Shown: positions 38,601 to 49,509, numbered from the stretch's first letter. The stretch is 64,000 bases of DNA from Spirochaetota bacterium (GCA_050298055.1 JBNKTL010000001.1:133659-197658); one strand, 5' to 3'. Program-made: numbers and translations. Notes: generated by a model from the sequence alone, not told the origin.

Positions 38601-40076
38601 ATGAGACAGCTTATAACACTATTCATACTTTTTTCATTACTTCTGTCCTTCCAGCCGATCCTGGGAAGGCTCCACGGGGCAACGGCTGATTCTATTAACA
38701 GACATGGCATCCTCCTGGGAAAGAAGAAAATGTACAAAGAAGCCCTCAAGGAGTTTGACAGGGCTATTGAAAAGTACGACAAGTCCTCCGCGGAAGCGTA
38801 TCACAACAGGGCGTGGACCCAGGAACTTATGGGTGAAAAGAAAAAAGCCATGAAAAATTACGAAGAAGCCCTCAGGCGATACCCGAAGCTCATTCTCAGC
38901 GGTGAGAAGCTGGGTTATCTCTACTACAAATCGAAAGACTATATCAACGCGGTAAGAGTGGGTGAGCAGGTACTGAAATTTGACCCGGAAAACAAGAGCG
39001 TTAAAGAGTGGCTTCCCGATGCATATATTAAAAGGCTTAAACAGCAGCAGGATAAGCTCGCCGCTGAAAAGAAACGCGCTCTGGAGGATAAGAAGAAGAA
39101 AGAAGAGGAACTGAGAAAAGAACAGGAGAAGATGATCAAAGAGAAACAGATTTTCTATGCAAGTTATGATATTATGATAAGGAACGGCTGGTATTTCAGG
39201 GGGGATAAGGGCTATAACTACGAATCGGATAAAGGTTTTCTCATAAATCTTCCTAACAGGTTCTTTGTTCGGTTCACTCCCCTGCCCATATGGGAATTTG
39301 GTCTTATAGTGGAAAATCCCTATCTCGGTGCAGTATCTCCCAATGTTACAACATCTTCCGAGAGAATTGAGGTCCTCTACCTGCTTGGAGGCTTTAAGCT
39401 TGGAGTAGGTTTTATGTTTAACCACTACAAGGGCGATTTTGCATACCAGACCCAGGGTTTAGGGGAGAAGGTTATGTGGGACTATAAGACCGGTATCCTC
39501 TTTGGCTACAAGAAGAAGAAGGCCGAAATGAAGTTCTCCCTCTATCCGAGGCTTCTCCCCTATGACGGATCATCTCAATCAAAAGTCACTTTTGATACTG
39601 CCTATTACCGGATGGATTATATCTACAATGTGAGCTCGGATTTGCGGTATTACTCCCTGATATCCGCAAGGGATTACTACTTTTTCTATCACACTCAGGA
39701 GGTTTCTGATTACTGGGGCGTCTATGAGATAGGCCTCGGGGTCTCGCTGGGAAAGATGACAAGTGACCCGAGAAAGGTCAACATAGCGTTTTCTCTTGAA
39801 TTGAAACAGGTCATATATCTTCTTGATCTTAATAATGACAATCCATATACCCGGAAGCCAAACGGCCAGAGTTATTTCGGCTTCAACAGCAAAAAATGGC
39901 TCAAGGGTGATCCCATGTCCGGATACTATGCCTCAAGCCAGCAGTTTACATTGAGGGTTGATGAGAGAATACATAAAAATGTCTTCCTTTACCAGAAACT
40001 TCTCATCGAAATGGCAGATCCCGATACCGACCACCACGAGTTCAACCTGATCATCGGCGGAGGAGTTGTCTTTTAA
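38601..40076 (+). CDS. Exported TPR protein with a putative C-terminal beta-barrel
   Basis: Signal peptide, about 3 TPRs, charged linker, aromatic-rich strands, terminal Phe. Confidence 0.7.
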   Translation: MRQLITLFILFSLLLSFQPILGRLHGATADSINRHGILLGKKKMYKEALKEFDRAIEKYDKSSAEAYHNRAWTQELMGEKKKAMKNYEEALRRYPKLILSGEKLGYLYYKSKDYINAVRVGEQVLKFDPENKSVKEWLPDAYIKRLKQQQDKLAAEKKRALEDKKKKEEELRKEQEKMIKEKQIFYASYDIMIRNGWYFRGDKGYNYESDKGFLINLPNRFFVRFTPLPIWEFGLIVENPYLGAVSPNVTTSSERIEVLYLLGGFKLGVGFMFNHYKGDFAYQTQGLGEKVMWDYKTGILFGYKKKKAEMKFSLYPRLLPYDGSSQSKVTFDTAYYRMDYIYNVSSDLRYYSLISARDYYFFYHTQEVSDYWGVYEIGLGVSLGKMTSDPRKVNIAFSLELKQVIYLLDLNNDNPYTRKPNGQSYFGFNSKKWLKGDPMSGYYASSQQFTLRVDERIHKNVFLYQKLLIEMADPDTDHHEFNLIIGGGVVF

Positions 40077-40079
40077 TCA

Positions 40080-40856
40080 ATGCATGATACAATTGCCAGT
40101 TTCTCAAGTGAGATTGCATATGAAGCGGGAAAGATCCTTCTCGGTGGTTTTCGTTCCCGGAACACTGAAGTTTCATACAAGAGCAGAACAGACCTGGTCA
40201 CCAACATAGACAGGGAATCTGAAGAGTTCCTCTATAACAGTATAAGAAAGAAATTCCCCGATCACACAGTCATTGCCGAAGAGGGGAGCAGGCACGATTC
40301 GGGAAAAGACTATACCTGGTATGTTGATCCCCTGGATGCAACAAATAACTTTGCCCACGGCATCCCCTACTTCTGCATCTCAATCGGGGTTTTCTCCATA
40401 GATCTGGGGAGGGTCATCGCGGGTGTTGTCTATGACCCCTTTCACAATGAGCTTTTCAGGGCCGCATACGGGTCGGGATCAACACTCAACGGGGAAAAAA
40501 TCTCCGTATCCGGGACAGGCGAACTGGGGATCTCAATTGTGGCCACCGGTTTTCCCTACGACAGGGAGACCAGCGCAAAGAACAACCTTCAACAGTTCAA
40601 CAGGATTATGCCGGTTGTTCAGGGGATCAGGCGACTGGGTTCTGCCGCCCTTGACCTCTGCTATGTCTCATGCGGAAGGTTTGACGGATACTGGGAGCCT
40701 CTGCTTCGCCCCTGGGATATGGCGGCCGGGAGTCTCCTGGTGGAAGAAGCAGGGGGCAGGGTAAGCAGATACAATGGAGAGAGTTTTGACCCTGAATTTC
40801 CCGAGATCGCAGCTTCAAACGGGAAGATCCACAACGAACTCACCGGCCTTCTTTAA
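40080..40856 (+). CDS. suhB: Inositol monophosphatase (SuhB-like)
   Basis: DLVT..D, AEE, DPLDATNNFAHG, RRLGSAALDL, WDMAAG. Confidence 0.9.
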   Translation: MHDTIASFSSEIAYEAGKILLGGFRSRNTEVSYKSRTDLVTNIDRESEEFLYNSIRKKFPDHTVIAEEGSRHDSGKDYTWYVDPLDATNNFAHGIPYFCISIGVFSIDLGRVIAGVVYDPFHNELFRAAYGSGSTLNGEKISVSGTGELGISIVATGFPYDRETSAKNNLQQFNRIMPVVQGIRRLGSAALDLCYVSCGRFDGYWEPLLRPWDMAAGSLLVEEAGGRVSRYNGESFDPEFPEIAASNGKIHNELTGLL

Positions 40857-40920
40857 GCACAGATTTATATGAAGCAAAAAAAGATAAAATTGAATCGCGA
40901 ATGCACCATTTCCACGAAGA

Positions 40921-40990
40921 CCTCCTAACCCCCTGAGGGGGCATAAGAAGTTATTGTCAAGATCTTACGTCCTCTCAGGGGGATGGGGGG
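40921..40990. repeat. Family C REPIN-like inverted doublet, copy 2
   Basis: CCTCCTAACCCCCTGAGGGGGCATAAGA...TCTTACGTCCTCTCAGGGGGATGGGGGG. Confidence 0.8.
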
Positions 40991-41101
40991 AATTATTAAG
41001 GGAAATGATTAAAATATACAAATTTTCCTTGATTACCGATAATATAATGAAGGATAATGCCGTAAGAAACGATTCCTTTGACAGGGAGCAATAGTGACGT
41101 T

Positions 41102-42538
41102 ATGAAATTAATCTTATCCGCTGCTTTTTCTTTTCTCATTACTGTTTCTGCATACGGGGAGCCGTATCTATCCATAAAGAATATCGATCCCGTTTCACTC
41201 TTTCCAATGATTCAGCTGGAAGTCTCAATCTCTGACAAAAAAGGTGAAAGCCCCGCGGAGATAAACGAAGAGAATATTCTGCTTTACGAAGATGGATTCA
41301 GGATTGTCAACCAGTTGAAGGTAGAGAGGATTAAGAACAGCGATGATATCCTCTACCTGGTTTTTTCAATAGATTCAAGCAGGAGTATAAGCAGGAACTT
41401 TCTCGCCAGGATAAAAACAGATGCCTTGAAAATCGTCAACAGTACCGGGTCCGGGGACAGGCTTGCTGTCTACCGGTTCAATGACGAAGTAAAACTCATC
41501 AGCAGCTTTACCACGGATAAAAATAAGGTCATTGAAAGGATAAAGGGAATCACGAGACACGGAACCAGGACCCTTCTCTACAATTCAATTTTTGATTCTC
41601 TGGAGGTTCTGGAAAGTATAAAGGGGAAAAGGAAGGCTGTTATTGTTTTTACTGACGGAAAAGATGAAGGAAGCAGTGTCACGGAAGACGATATCATAAA
41701 GATGGCAAAAAGTTCGGGGCTTCCCGTATATTTCATATGCCTTAAGACATCAAGGAATACCAGGAAACTTGCAAGAATATCAAAACTCACGGGAGGGCGG
41801 CTTGTTTATAGCAGCGATAGTGACAAAATCGCCGGAATCTATAAAACCGTTCTCTCATTTATAAAAAAAAGATATATTATTAAATACATATCTTCACTTC
41901 AAAAGGACGGGAAGGACCATTCCGTTGAGGTTAAACTGAAATATGGCAGGTTAAGGGACAGCCATAAAGCGGAATTCAAGATGGAAAAATCATTCCTGGA
42001 AATATCAGCAGGCAGACCGGTACTCATTCTCCTCTCGGTCATAATTTTTCTGATAGTTCTTATCATCGTCATTCTTGTCTATTTCTTCAAAAAGGGAAAA
42101 AGCAGTCTGAATGAACTCTCCAGGAACGATACCCGGATGCCGAAAATAAAACCTCTTACCGGGAAACTGCAAGATGAAGAAAGTCCTGATGAGCCGGGGG
42201 GCGTTCTTCTTTCGGATAACCCGGAGTTCCACTATACCGATGCGTGGCTTGTTGAGAAAATCGGTCCGGAAACCGGAAGCAGGATGCCCATCTATTTCAA
42301 CGAAGTAATTCTGGGAAGAAGTGAAGAGGCAAGTATTGTAATCAATGATGATGCTGTTTCATTGAAACACGCAAAAATAAAGGCAACAAATGAAAATTTT
42401 TATCTTTACGACCTGGTATCTGAAAACGGGACATTTCTCAACGGGAACAAACTTCTCAGGCCAAAGCCTCTCTATGATTGGGATATTATAAAAATAGGGC
42501 GAACAGAGCTCATCTTCAGGGGATCAAAAACAGATTAA
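41102..42538 (+). CDS. vWA-TM-FHA domain protein
   Basis: Signal peptide, MIDAS DSSRS and FTDG, TM helix, FHA GR...VS.KHA...S.NGT. Confidence 0.88.
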   Translation: MKLILSAAFSFLITVSAYGEPYLSIKNIDPVSLFPMIQLEVSISDKKGESPAEINEENILLYEDGFRIVNQLKVERIKNSDDILYLVFSIDSSRSISRNFLARIKTDALKIVNSTGSGDRLAVYRFNDEVKLISSFTTDKNKVIERIKGITRHGTRTLLYNSIFDSLEVLESIKGKRKAVIVFTDGKDEGSSVTEDDIIKMAKSSGLPVYFICLKTSRNTRKLARISKLTGGRLVYSSDSDKIAGIYKTVLSFIKKRYIIKYISSLQKDGKDHSVEVKLKYGRLRDSHKAEFKMEKSFLEISAGRPVLILLSVIIFLIVLIIVILVYFFKKGKSSLNELSRNDTRMPKIKPLTGKLQDEESPDEPGGVLLSDNPEFHYTDAWLVEKIGPETGSRMPIYFNEVILGRSEEASIVINDDAVSLKHAKIKATNENFYLYDLVSENGTFLNGNKLLRPKPLYDWDIIKIGRTELIFRGSKTD

Positions 42539-42846
42539 TTTTTTTTTGGCATAGGGCTGAGTCATTACCAGGATTTTTCATTGGAGCAGGGTTTTTCACG
42601 AAAAAAAATAATCTCTTGACTCTTTTTTTGAATAAAATAATAGAATATTATGAATATTTTTTATACATTATTCATAATACACTATGGGTACTATAAATAG
42701 TGTAATGTTTTTTCTTATTGAGTACCCGGAAAGGAACATTATAAAAACTCATTTATTGAAGTTCCCATATAGTAAAACATGTATTGTATATAGAGAACTT
42801 AGATTTCTTCATCTAAAAAAAATTCAGTCCTTGGATAAAATCAATC

Positions 42847-44493
42847 TTGAATAAAAATTCAATGTTAGAACTTGACGTAAAAACTGAAAATGTCATTCCT
42901 CCCCGGCTTCTCATAGTTGATGATGAGGAACCTATCAGAAAGCTGTTAAAGAAATTTCTGGATAAGAAAAACTATATCATTGATACGGCCAATGACGGTC
43001 AGAGCGCTCTGGACCTTCTCAGCAGCAACGACTACAACCTTGTGCTCACGGACCTCAGAATGCCTAAAATGGGAGGGAGAGAGCTCCTGAAGATGATGTC
43101 GGAGCAGTATCCGGATATTCCAAAAATTGTCCTGACCGGATACGGGACCAATGACGATATCATTGTGGCGTTGAAAACAGGCGCCTATGACTTCCTGACC
43201 AAGCCCATTACCGATTTTACAATACTGGAACACTCAATAGACAGGGCGCTGGAAAAAAAGAGGATCAGTGATGAAAGGGACAGGTATGTTGAACAGCTCA
43301 AACAGATCAATGAAATTATATCAATGCTCAACAGGGGTAAAAACACAGAAGATATATTCCACACTTTAAATATTATTCTGAGAAGGGTCATTCCCTTTAA
43401 CAGGCTGACTCTGACAACGTTGAACAGTGATATCAATCTCGTCTCCGTTAAGCTTGTTGCTTCAGACAGGGGTGTTCTTCTCCGGGAGGGTGATTCATTT
43501 AATATGAACGATTCTCCCCTCAGGAACTCCGCAGAGGGGAGGGATGTTCTGAAAATTAACAATATGAATGAATATCTTGTCAAACACCCCAAATCAAATT
43601 GTACCGAACTTCTCGTGGAAGAGGGAATGAATTCATCCCTTGTCCTTCCCCTGATCGTCAATAACCAGACCCGGGGATTCCTGATATTTTCCTCGGAGCA
43701 TATCGATGCTTTCCAGGAAAGCCACATTACGTTTCTCAAATCTATTGTGGGGCAGATATCTCTGAGCATCCAGAGGGGAGAACTCCTTTACGAAATCGAA
43801 CAGCATTCAAAAAATCTTGAGGACCTTGTTGAATTGAGATCACGGCAGGTCATCAAAACACAGAAAACCACGATTTTTGCCCTGAGCAGACTGGCAGAGA
43901 CCAGGGACCCGGAGACAGGAAACCACCTTGACCGGATGAGAAGCTACTCTGTTCTCCTGGCACAGATGCTGAAATATATCGGGAACCATTCGGAGATCAC
44001 AAACCAGTACCTGAGAGACCTCTACGATTCATCAATCCTTCATGACATTGGAAAAGTGGGTATTCCGGATGTTATTCTCCTGAAAGACGGGTTTCTCTCC
44101 GACCACGAATTCCAGATCATGAAAAAACATACCACAATCGGATATGAATCGTTGAAGATGGCATCCAAAGACCTGGGAGAAGACTCCTTCCTGAATATGG
44201 CCCTGGAGATTACGCTTTATCACCATGAGAGATGGGACGGGAAAGGCTACCCCACCGGCCTCGCCGGGACAGAGATCCCGCTCTCTGCCCGCATTGTGGC
44301 AATCGCGGATATCTATGACGCACTCACATCAAAACGGCCGTACAAGGAGGCTTATTCTCCAGAAAAGTCTTTCGCTATCATGAAAAAGGAAGATTACAGG
44401 TTTGATCCGGAGATATTTGAGATCTTCTGCGATAACTACGATGAATTTAATAAAATACGAACCCAATTATCCGATGACAATAACAGGAACTGA
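42847..44493 (+). CDS. Response regulator REC-GAF-HD-GYP (c-di-GMP phosphodiesterase)
   Basis: VDDE/DLRMP/KP; GAF-like middle; HDIGK, HHERWDGKGYP, AIADIYDAL..RPYK (ATG 42862 is an alternative start). Confidence 0.93.
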   Translation: MNKNSMLELDVKTENVIPPRLLIVDDEEPIRKLLKKFLDKKNYIIDTANDGQSALDLLSSNDYNLVLTDLRMPKMGGRELLKMMSEQYPDIPKIVLTGYGTNDDIIVALKTGAYDFLTKPITDFTILEHSIDRALEKKRISDERDRYVEQLKQINEIISMLNRGKNTEDIFHTLNIILRRVIPFNRLTLTTLNSDINLVSVKLVASDRGVLLREGDSFNMNDSPLRNSAEGRDVLKINNMNEYLVKHPKSNCTELLVEEGMNSSLVLPLIVNNQTRGFLIFSSEHIDAFQESHITFLKSIVGQISLSIQRGELLYEIEQHSKNLEDLVELRSRQVIKTQKTTIFALSRLAETRDPETGNHLDRMRSYSVLLAQMLKYIGNHSEITNQYLRDLYDSSILHDIGKVGIPDVILLKDGFLSDHEFQIMKKHTTIGYESLKMASKDLGEDSFLNMALEITLYHHERWDGKGYPTGLAGTEIPLSARIVAIADIYDALTSKRPYKEAYSPEKSFAIMKKEDYRFDPEIFEIFCDNYDEFNKIRTQLSDDNNRN

Positions 44494-44496
44494 AGA

Positions 44497-45360
44497 ATGT
44501 ACGGACAGAATGTAAACATAAGAATTGGCGGCCCCCTGACGCCGGGCGTAAAAAAACTGATGATCATCAACGGGGCAATATTCCTTTTTCAGCAGATTGC
44601 GGGAGTAATTTCACCCGGTACTCTTGAAGAGGTGTTCGGCCTGAGCCACATCGGGTTCTTTGACCAGTTCAAGATATGGCAGGTCTTTACCTATATGTTC
44701 CTCCATGGGGGCTGGATGCACATTCTCTTTAACCTCCTGGGACTCTGGATGTTCGCGGGGGAGCTTGAACAGCACTGGGGGACCCGCTCATTTATTAAGT
44801 ACTATCTCTATTGCGGTACAGGCGCCGGTTTTTTTATCATGTTAATGAACTTTTTTGTGTTCTCAAAATACAATGTAAGTCCTGTGACACTGGGTGCATC
44901 GGGAGCCATCTATGCTGTTCTTTTTGCTTACGGGATAACATGGCCCAACAGGGAAGTGCTTCTCTACTTTATTATTCCCATAAAAATAAAATATCTTGTT
45001 TTGGGGTTTGGTCTTATTGAGTTTTTCGGAACACTCTCCAGCGCCACGGGGACCGGGAGCAATATCAGCCACATAGGCCACCTGGGCGGGATTATCTCGG
45101 GTCTGATCTATATTTTTTATACAAGGAAATCAGCGGGTTCCGTAAAGAAGGGCGGTTTTATGGGACAGGCGCTGAAATCTGCCCGGCTTAAGAAGAAAAA
45201 ACAGGAGATTGAAACACGGATAAAGGCCAAAAAGATCATAGACGAACTTCTTGCCAAGATCGCCAAAAACGGGATGAGTTCCCTGAGTGACGAAGAGAAG
45301 AAAAAACTTGAATGGGCGAGGAAAAACTATTTTCCCGAAGGCAAGGAAACCCTTCACTGA
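44497..45360 (+). CDS. Rhomboid family intramembrane serine protease
   Basis: FLHGG.MHILFN, GASG, HIGHLGG. Confidence 0.93.
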   Translation: MYGQNVNIRIGGPLTPGVKKLMIINGAIFLFQQIAGVISPGTLEEVFGLSHIGFFDQFKIWQVFTYMFLHGGWMHILFNLLGLWMFAGELEQHWGTRSFIKYYLYCGTGAGFFIMLMNFFVFSKYNVSPVTLGASGAIYAVLFAYGITWPNREVLLYFIIPIKIKYLVLGFGLIEFFGTLSSATGTGSNISHIGHLGGIISGLIYIFYTRKSAGSVKKGGFMGQALKSARLKKKKQEIETRIKAKKIIDELLAKIAKNGMSSLSDEEKKKLEWARKNYFPEGKETLH

Positions 45361-45377
45361 TCCATGAATCCAGGCTG

Positions 45378-46547
45378 ATGATAATGACCCCGGTAGCCCT
45401 CCTGAAATGTCACACATATAATCCGGAAGTAATAGAGGAGACCCTGAAAGAAGGGCTTTTGTTAGCAGGTATCGATCTCCGGGTTTTAAGAAATAAACAT
45501 GTGGGGCTGAAGCCGAACCTCCTCACCTCAGCCCACCCCGATAAGTGCATTGTGACCCACCCTGAAGTCTTCAGGGCGGTTGTCCGGATCGTAAAGGAGA
45601 ACGGCGGTAAACCTCTCCTCATAGAAAACCCGGCCTTTATCCCCCTGGAAAAGGTCATTGCCGGAACAGGGTACAGTGAGGTCATTGAAAGTGAGAAAGT
45701 CCCGGTTGCCGACGTCAGGGAAACAACTATTCTGAAAAGTGATGCGGGGAACGAATACAAATCCTTCCACGTTTCCCGGGCCCTTCTTGATATTGACCTT
45801 CTGATAAACATCCCGAAACTGAAGACACACTCTCTTGTTTCCTATACAGGGGCGGTCAAAAATCTGTTCGGGACCATCCCGGGCCTGAAAAAAGCCGAAT
45901 GGCATCTCAAGGCAAGCAGCAGGGAAACATTTTCCGGTATGCTCGTTGACCTCTACGCGGTTCTGAAAAACGGACTGAAGAGGCTTGAAGGGATAATCCA
46001 TATCATGGACGCCATAGAGGGGATGGAGGGAGAAGGTCCCGGATCGGGAGGGGACCCGAAACATATCGGCGCGCTGATAATCTCCGGTGATCCTGTTGCC
46101 CTTGACTTTGTGGCGGCGGATATTGTTAAACTTGACCGGGAAAATATTTTCACCACAAAAATAGGGAGTGAACGGGGGATCGGGACATCAGGCTATGAGA
46201 ACATTGACCTGAGAGGAGAAGGGATTGAGAGTTTCGGCGAGATCAAGTTTAACCCCGGCTCGGCGAGTTCCCAATCCAACATGCTGTCACTATCCGTCTC
46301 ACCCTCTTTTATCCGCAATCTTACCACCAATAAACCGGTCCCCGGTGAAAAAAGGTGCACCCTCTGTTACCAGTGCAAAAAAATATGCCCTGCGGAAGCA
46401 ATATCCCCCTTCAGCGGGAAAGGGAAAAGGGTCCCCCGCTTCGATTACGATAAATGCATCAGGTGTTACTGCTGCATGGAGATCTGTCCCGAAGCCGCAA
46501 TAGACCTCAGGAAGGGTATCCTCAACTGGCTTGTGAGAATACGATGA
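45378..46547 (+). CDS. DUF362 domain protein with a 2x[4Fe-4S] ferredoxin domain
   Basis: KPNLL, THP, PKLKTH, KNLFG, GEGP; CTLCYQC...CP and CIRCYCC...CP. Confidence 0.92.
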   Translation: MIMTPVALLKCHTYNPEVIEETLKEGLLLAGIDLRVLRNKHVGLKPNLLTSAHPDKCIVTHPEVFRAVVRIVKENGGKPLLIENPAFIPLEKVIAGTGYSEVIESEKVPVADVRETTILKSDAGNEYKSFHVSRALLDIDLLINIPKLKTHSLVSYTGAVKNLFGTIPGLKKAEWHLKASSRETFSGMLVDLYAVLKNGLKRLEGIIHIMDAIEGMEGEGPGSGGDPKHIGALIISGDPVALDFVAADIVKLDRENIFTTKIGSERGIGTSGYENIDLRGEGIESFGEIKFNPGSASSQSNMLSLSVSPSFIRNLTTNKPVPGEKRCTLCYQCKKICPAEAISPFSGKGKRVPRFDYDKCIRCYCCMEICPEAAIDLRKGILNWLVRIR

Positions 46548-47260
46548 GATTTAATGAAAAGAGATTTGCCGGGGAATATGACAAACGTCTCATTGATGAA
46601 GGCTATCCGGGTAATCTACTTACAGCGGTGCTCGGGAAACTTGAAGGAGCCGGGAGCGTTATTGATATAGGTTCCGGTTCGGGATTTTTCGCGATTCCCC
46701 TGGCGGAGCGGGGTTACCGGGTCCACGCGGTTGAACCCTCCGCAGAGATGTCAGGCCTGATGAAAAAGAAGACAGGGGACCCTGTTGCGGGAAAAATAAA
46801 AATATACAACACCTGCTGGGAAGACTGGTCCGGGGAGCCTCAGGACGCATCCATATGCATTCATGCACTCTATCCCATGAAGGACCCTGTAAAGGGCCTG
46901 GAAAATATGATCACTTTCTCCGAAAGAAGGGTCCTTGCGGTAAAAAAACCGGGTACGCAAACACTTACGGGGAAAATAAAGAGTACATTTAAAAAAGGTG
47001 CGATCACAACCGATTATATTAAACTGGTCGAAGATTTTTTTCAATCGAGAGATATCGATTTTGCGAAAGAGGATGTTTACCAGGAGAGGATAACACGCTT
47101 TGCCAGCCTGGATGAGGGAGCATCCTATTACCGGTACTTTCTGAAGCTGGAAAAGGTCCCGGCGGAGATGCTGGTTGAGAGACTGGAGGAACTGACCGAA
47201 GAGAGAGACGGTTTTCACATATTTGAATCAAAATACCACGACATCCTTTATACTTTCTAA
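46544..47260 (+). CDS. Class I SAM-dependent methyltransferase
   Basis: DIGSGSG, VEPS; ATGA overlap with the upstream gene. Confidence 0.88.
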   Translation: MRFNEKRFAGEYDKRLIDEGYPGNLLTAVLGKLEGAGSVIDIGSGSGFFAIPLAERGYRVHAVEPSAEMSGLMKKKTGDPVAGKIKIYNTCWEDWSGEPQDASICIHALYPMKDPVKGLENMITFSERRVLAVKKPGTQTLTGKIKSTFKKGAITTDYIKLVEDFFQSRDIDFAKEDVYQERITRFASLDEGASYYRYFLKLEKVPAEMLVERLEELTEERDGFHIFESKYHDILYTF

Positions 47261-47342
47261 GACGAAAAACTGTTTGACTTTATTTGTATCCGGTTTTATT
47301 TTCTGTAAAAGTTATTGATCCCATTACAAGCCGGAGGAACAG

Positions 47343-47699
47343 ATGAATATTGATGATTTCATCAACAGGAAAGACCTGTCTGAGCGCCTGGATGGAGATA
47401 TTGAACTCTTCAAAGAACTGGCTGAACTCTTTATGGAAGATTCTGTTTCCCTGATGCAGAAAATTCAGAACTCCATAGAGTCATCAGACTCTAACCAGTT
47501 GAGAAAATCCGCGCATACAATAAAGGGATCTGTTTCGAATTTCTCCGCGCAGAAGGCCTATGATGCCGCTTTTGACCTCGAAAAAATCGGCAAAAATGAT
47601 GAACTTGAGAAGGCAGGTGCAGCCTTTGAAGTACTCAGGAATGAGATAGATAACCTGAGAGGTGCCATGAAACTTCTCATGAATGAGAATTCTCTTTAA
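47343..47699 (+). CDS. Hpt phosphotransfer protein
   Basis: AHTIKGS motif; SD GGAGG. Confidence 0.92.
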   Translation: MNIDDFINRKDLSERLDGDIELFKELAELFMEDSVSLMQKIQNSIESSDSNQLRKSAHTIKGSVSNFSAQKAYDAAFDLEKIGKNDELEKAGAAFEVLRNEIDNLRGAMKLLMNENSL

Positions 47700-47707
47700 G
47701 CTTCCTG

Positions 47708-48631
47708 TTAAAGAATCTCCACGGGTACCGGGATAAAAGTAAGAATAAAGATCGCCATACAGAACCAGCCGATCCCTTTTTCAAAGAGAGAAAGCTCCCT
47801 TCCCCGGGCAACGGTTGGATGGGCGACCATGAGGAAGAACAGAATAATAAAGATCCAGAGAATCCATCCATACCAGAAAAACGAAAGTACGACAAGGCCC
47901 GCAAGCACACCCCACCCGAAGATCTTCTGCTTTTCCCCGATAAGCGCGTAGAGAATATGACTGCCGTCAAGCTGGCCCACGGGCATGAGGTTAATGCTTG
48001 TGACAAGGAAGCCTATCCAGCCGGCCCAGGCATAGGGAGAGAGAAAAATATCCTTTCCTTCAGGTATTGGTCCATGGATGATCTTTACGATCAATGCAAA
48101 AAGGATTGAGTCTCCGAATATGGGGATGGGGACATTTCCTCCCCCCGGGGGAAGGGCACTAACCTTGGAAAGAGAGATCCCGACGATAACGGAAATGAGG
48201 CTCACGATAAATCCTGCCAGCGGCCCCATGGCACCGATATAAAAGAGGGCCCGCTTGTCCGGGATGGGTGACTTTACTTTGATAACAGCACCCATGGTCC
48301 CGATCATGGATGGGAAGGGGATGAAATAAGGAAGGGTCGCTCTCACCCCGAAATACCTGGCCGCAAAATAGTGTCCGAATTCATGGGTGAGAAGTATTGT
48401 AATAATTGTCAGGGAATAGGGGAGCCCGCTTATAATATACTCGGGGATTGTATTTCCCGAACTGGCGCCGGCAAGAGAGGTGGTGATGAATGTAATAAGG
48501 AAAAGAACAATATTTATAATAACCGGTTTGTCTTTTTGTACCTGAATTTCTTCGTATTCTCTCGCCGGTACATACTTAACCCTCATGCCGGTATTCAGCC
48601 TGTTGATATAGTCCCTGAAAAAATTTTTCAT
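47708..48631 (-). CDS. Site-2 protease (M50) family metalloprotease
   Basis: HEFGH, MGP, NLMPVGQLDG. Confidence 0.93.
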   Translation of the reverse strand: MKNFFRDYINRLNTGMRVKYVPAREYEEIQVQKDKPVIINIVLFLITFITTSLAGASSGNTIPEYIISGLPYSLTIITILLTHEFGHYFAARYFGVRATLPYFIPFPSMIGTMGAVIKVKSPIPDKRALFYIGAMGPLAGFIVSLISVIVGISLSKVSALPPGGGNVPIPIFGDSILFALIVKIIHGPIPEGKDIFLSPYAWAGWIGFLVTSINLMPVGQLDGSHILYALIGEKQKIFGWGVLAGLVVLSFFWYGWILWIFIILFFLMVAHPTVARGRELSLFEKGIGWFCMAIFILTFIPVPVEIL

Positions 48632-48640
48632 TTAATTCGT

Positions 48641-48814
48641 CTATTTAAAACATCCCAGCTGGCATCCCTTGATCTTAATTTTTAACCTGTTTATCTCCTT
48701 TCCCACCATACCGGGGCTGACACCCTCCTCGTCGGCAATTTTAAACGCACTGCTGCACTTGATTTTCCCATCATCATCGAGATTCTCTTTTATTTTTTCT
48801 GATAGATCTGGCAT
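48641..48814 (-). CDS. Small hypothetical protein with C..AF.IA and CQLGCF motifs
   Basis: SD GGAGGA before ATG 48814; the CQLGCF C-terminus is recalled from small anaerobe proteins. Confidence 0.8.
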   Translation of the reverse strand: MPDLSEKIKENLDDDGKIKCSSAFKIADEEGVSPGMVGKEINRLKIKIKGCQLGCFK

Positions 48815-49096
48815 GTTGTCCTCCAAATATAATTATAATGACCGGTCCCCCTTTTCAAATTATTAATGTTTAATATGAGGGGAAAGGAAGGTGTTTTGTT
48901 ACTTTTTCTTTTTCGTATAACCTTATAGAGTATATCTCGATCCTGATACTCCAAATTATGAATGGAGTTTAAAAAGGTGAAAGATTTAATGCAAGAAGTA
49001 TTTTAAAAAGGGTATTAATCGGCACCTCATTTTTAAAAAAAATTATTCTTGTAACTGTCCCCGTTAAAATTATTCTTACTCACACAGGAAAATACC

Positions 49097-49501
49097 ATGA
49101 CAGTAAAACATCCGAAAACACAGGAATGGGACGACCGGCTTTTTAATGTCTTTGAGAAGGTTGACGCTTATCTTGAAGATAATTACGGGGACCGGTTTAA
49201 ACGTCATCCCAACCGGCCGGCAAGGGGCAAAGCAGCCTATGGGGCCCTGGACGGACTTTTCAATATCGGAGCGTCATTCAGTCCCGGTTACGGATCGGAA
49301 TTAGGCCGCGGCTATGTAATAGAAGTTGTTATCTCCACACTGGAAAAAGTCCCCCCCGAAGAACGGAAAGAGATTGTCTCTGACGCAATAAAGAAGACCC
49401 GTGAAGAACTTCTAAAGGCCTTTCCTCACCGGGACCTCAAGGTGAGCCGTGACGGGGATGTTTTCAAGATACATGGTGATACCAGACTGGGTGATATCTG
49501 A
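49097..49501 (+). CDS. Hypothetical protein
   Basis: 134-aa ORF with SD; HPNRP and DGLF..GA.FSPGYGS motifs. Confidence 0.75.
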   Translation: MTVKHPKTQEWDDRLFNVFEKVDAYLEDNYGDRFKRHPNRPARGKAAYGALDGLFNIGASFSPGYGSELGRGYVIEVVISTLEKVPPEERKEIVSDAIKKTREELLKAFPHRDLKVSRDGDVFKIHGDTRLGDI

Positions 49502-49509
49502 GGGAAGAT

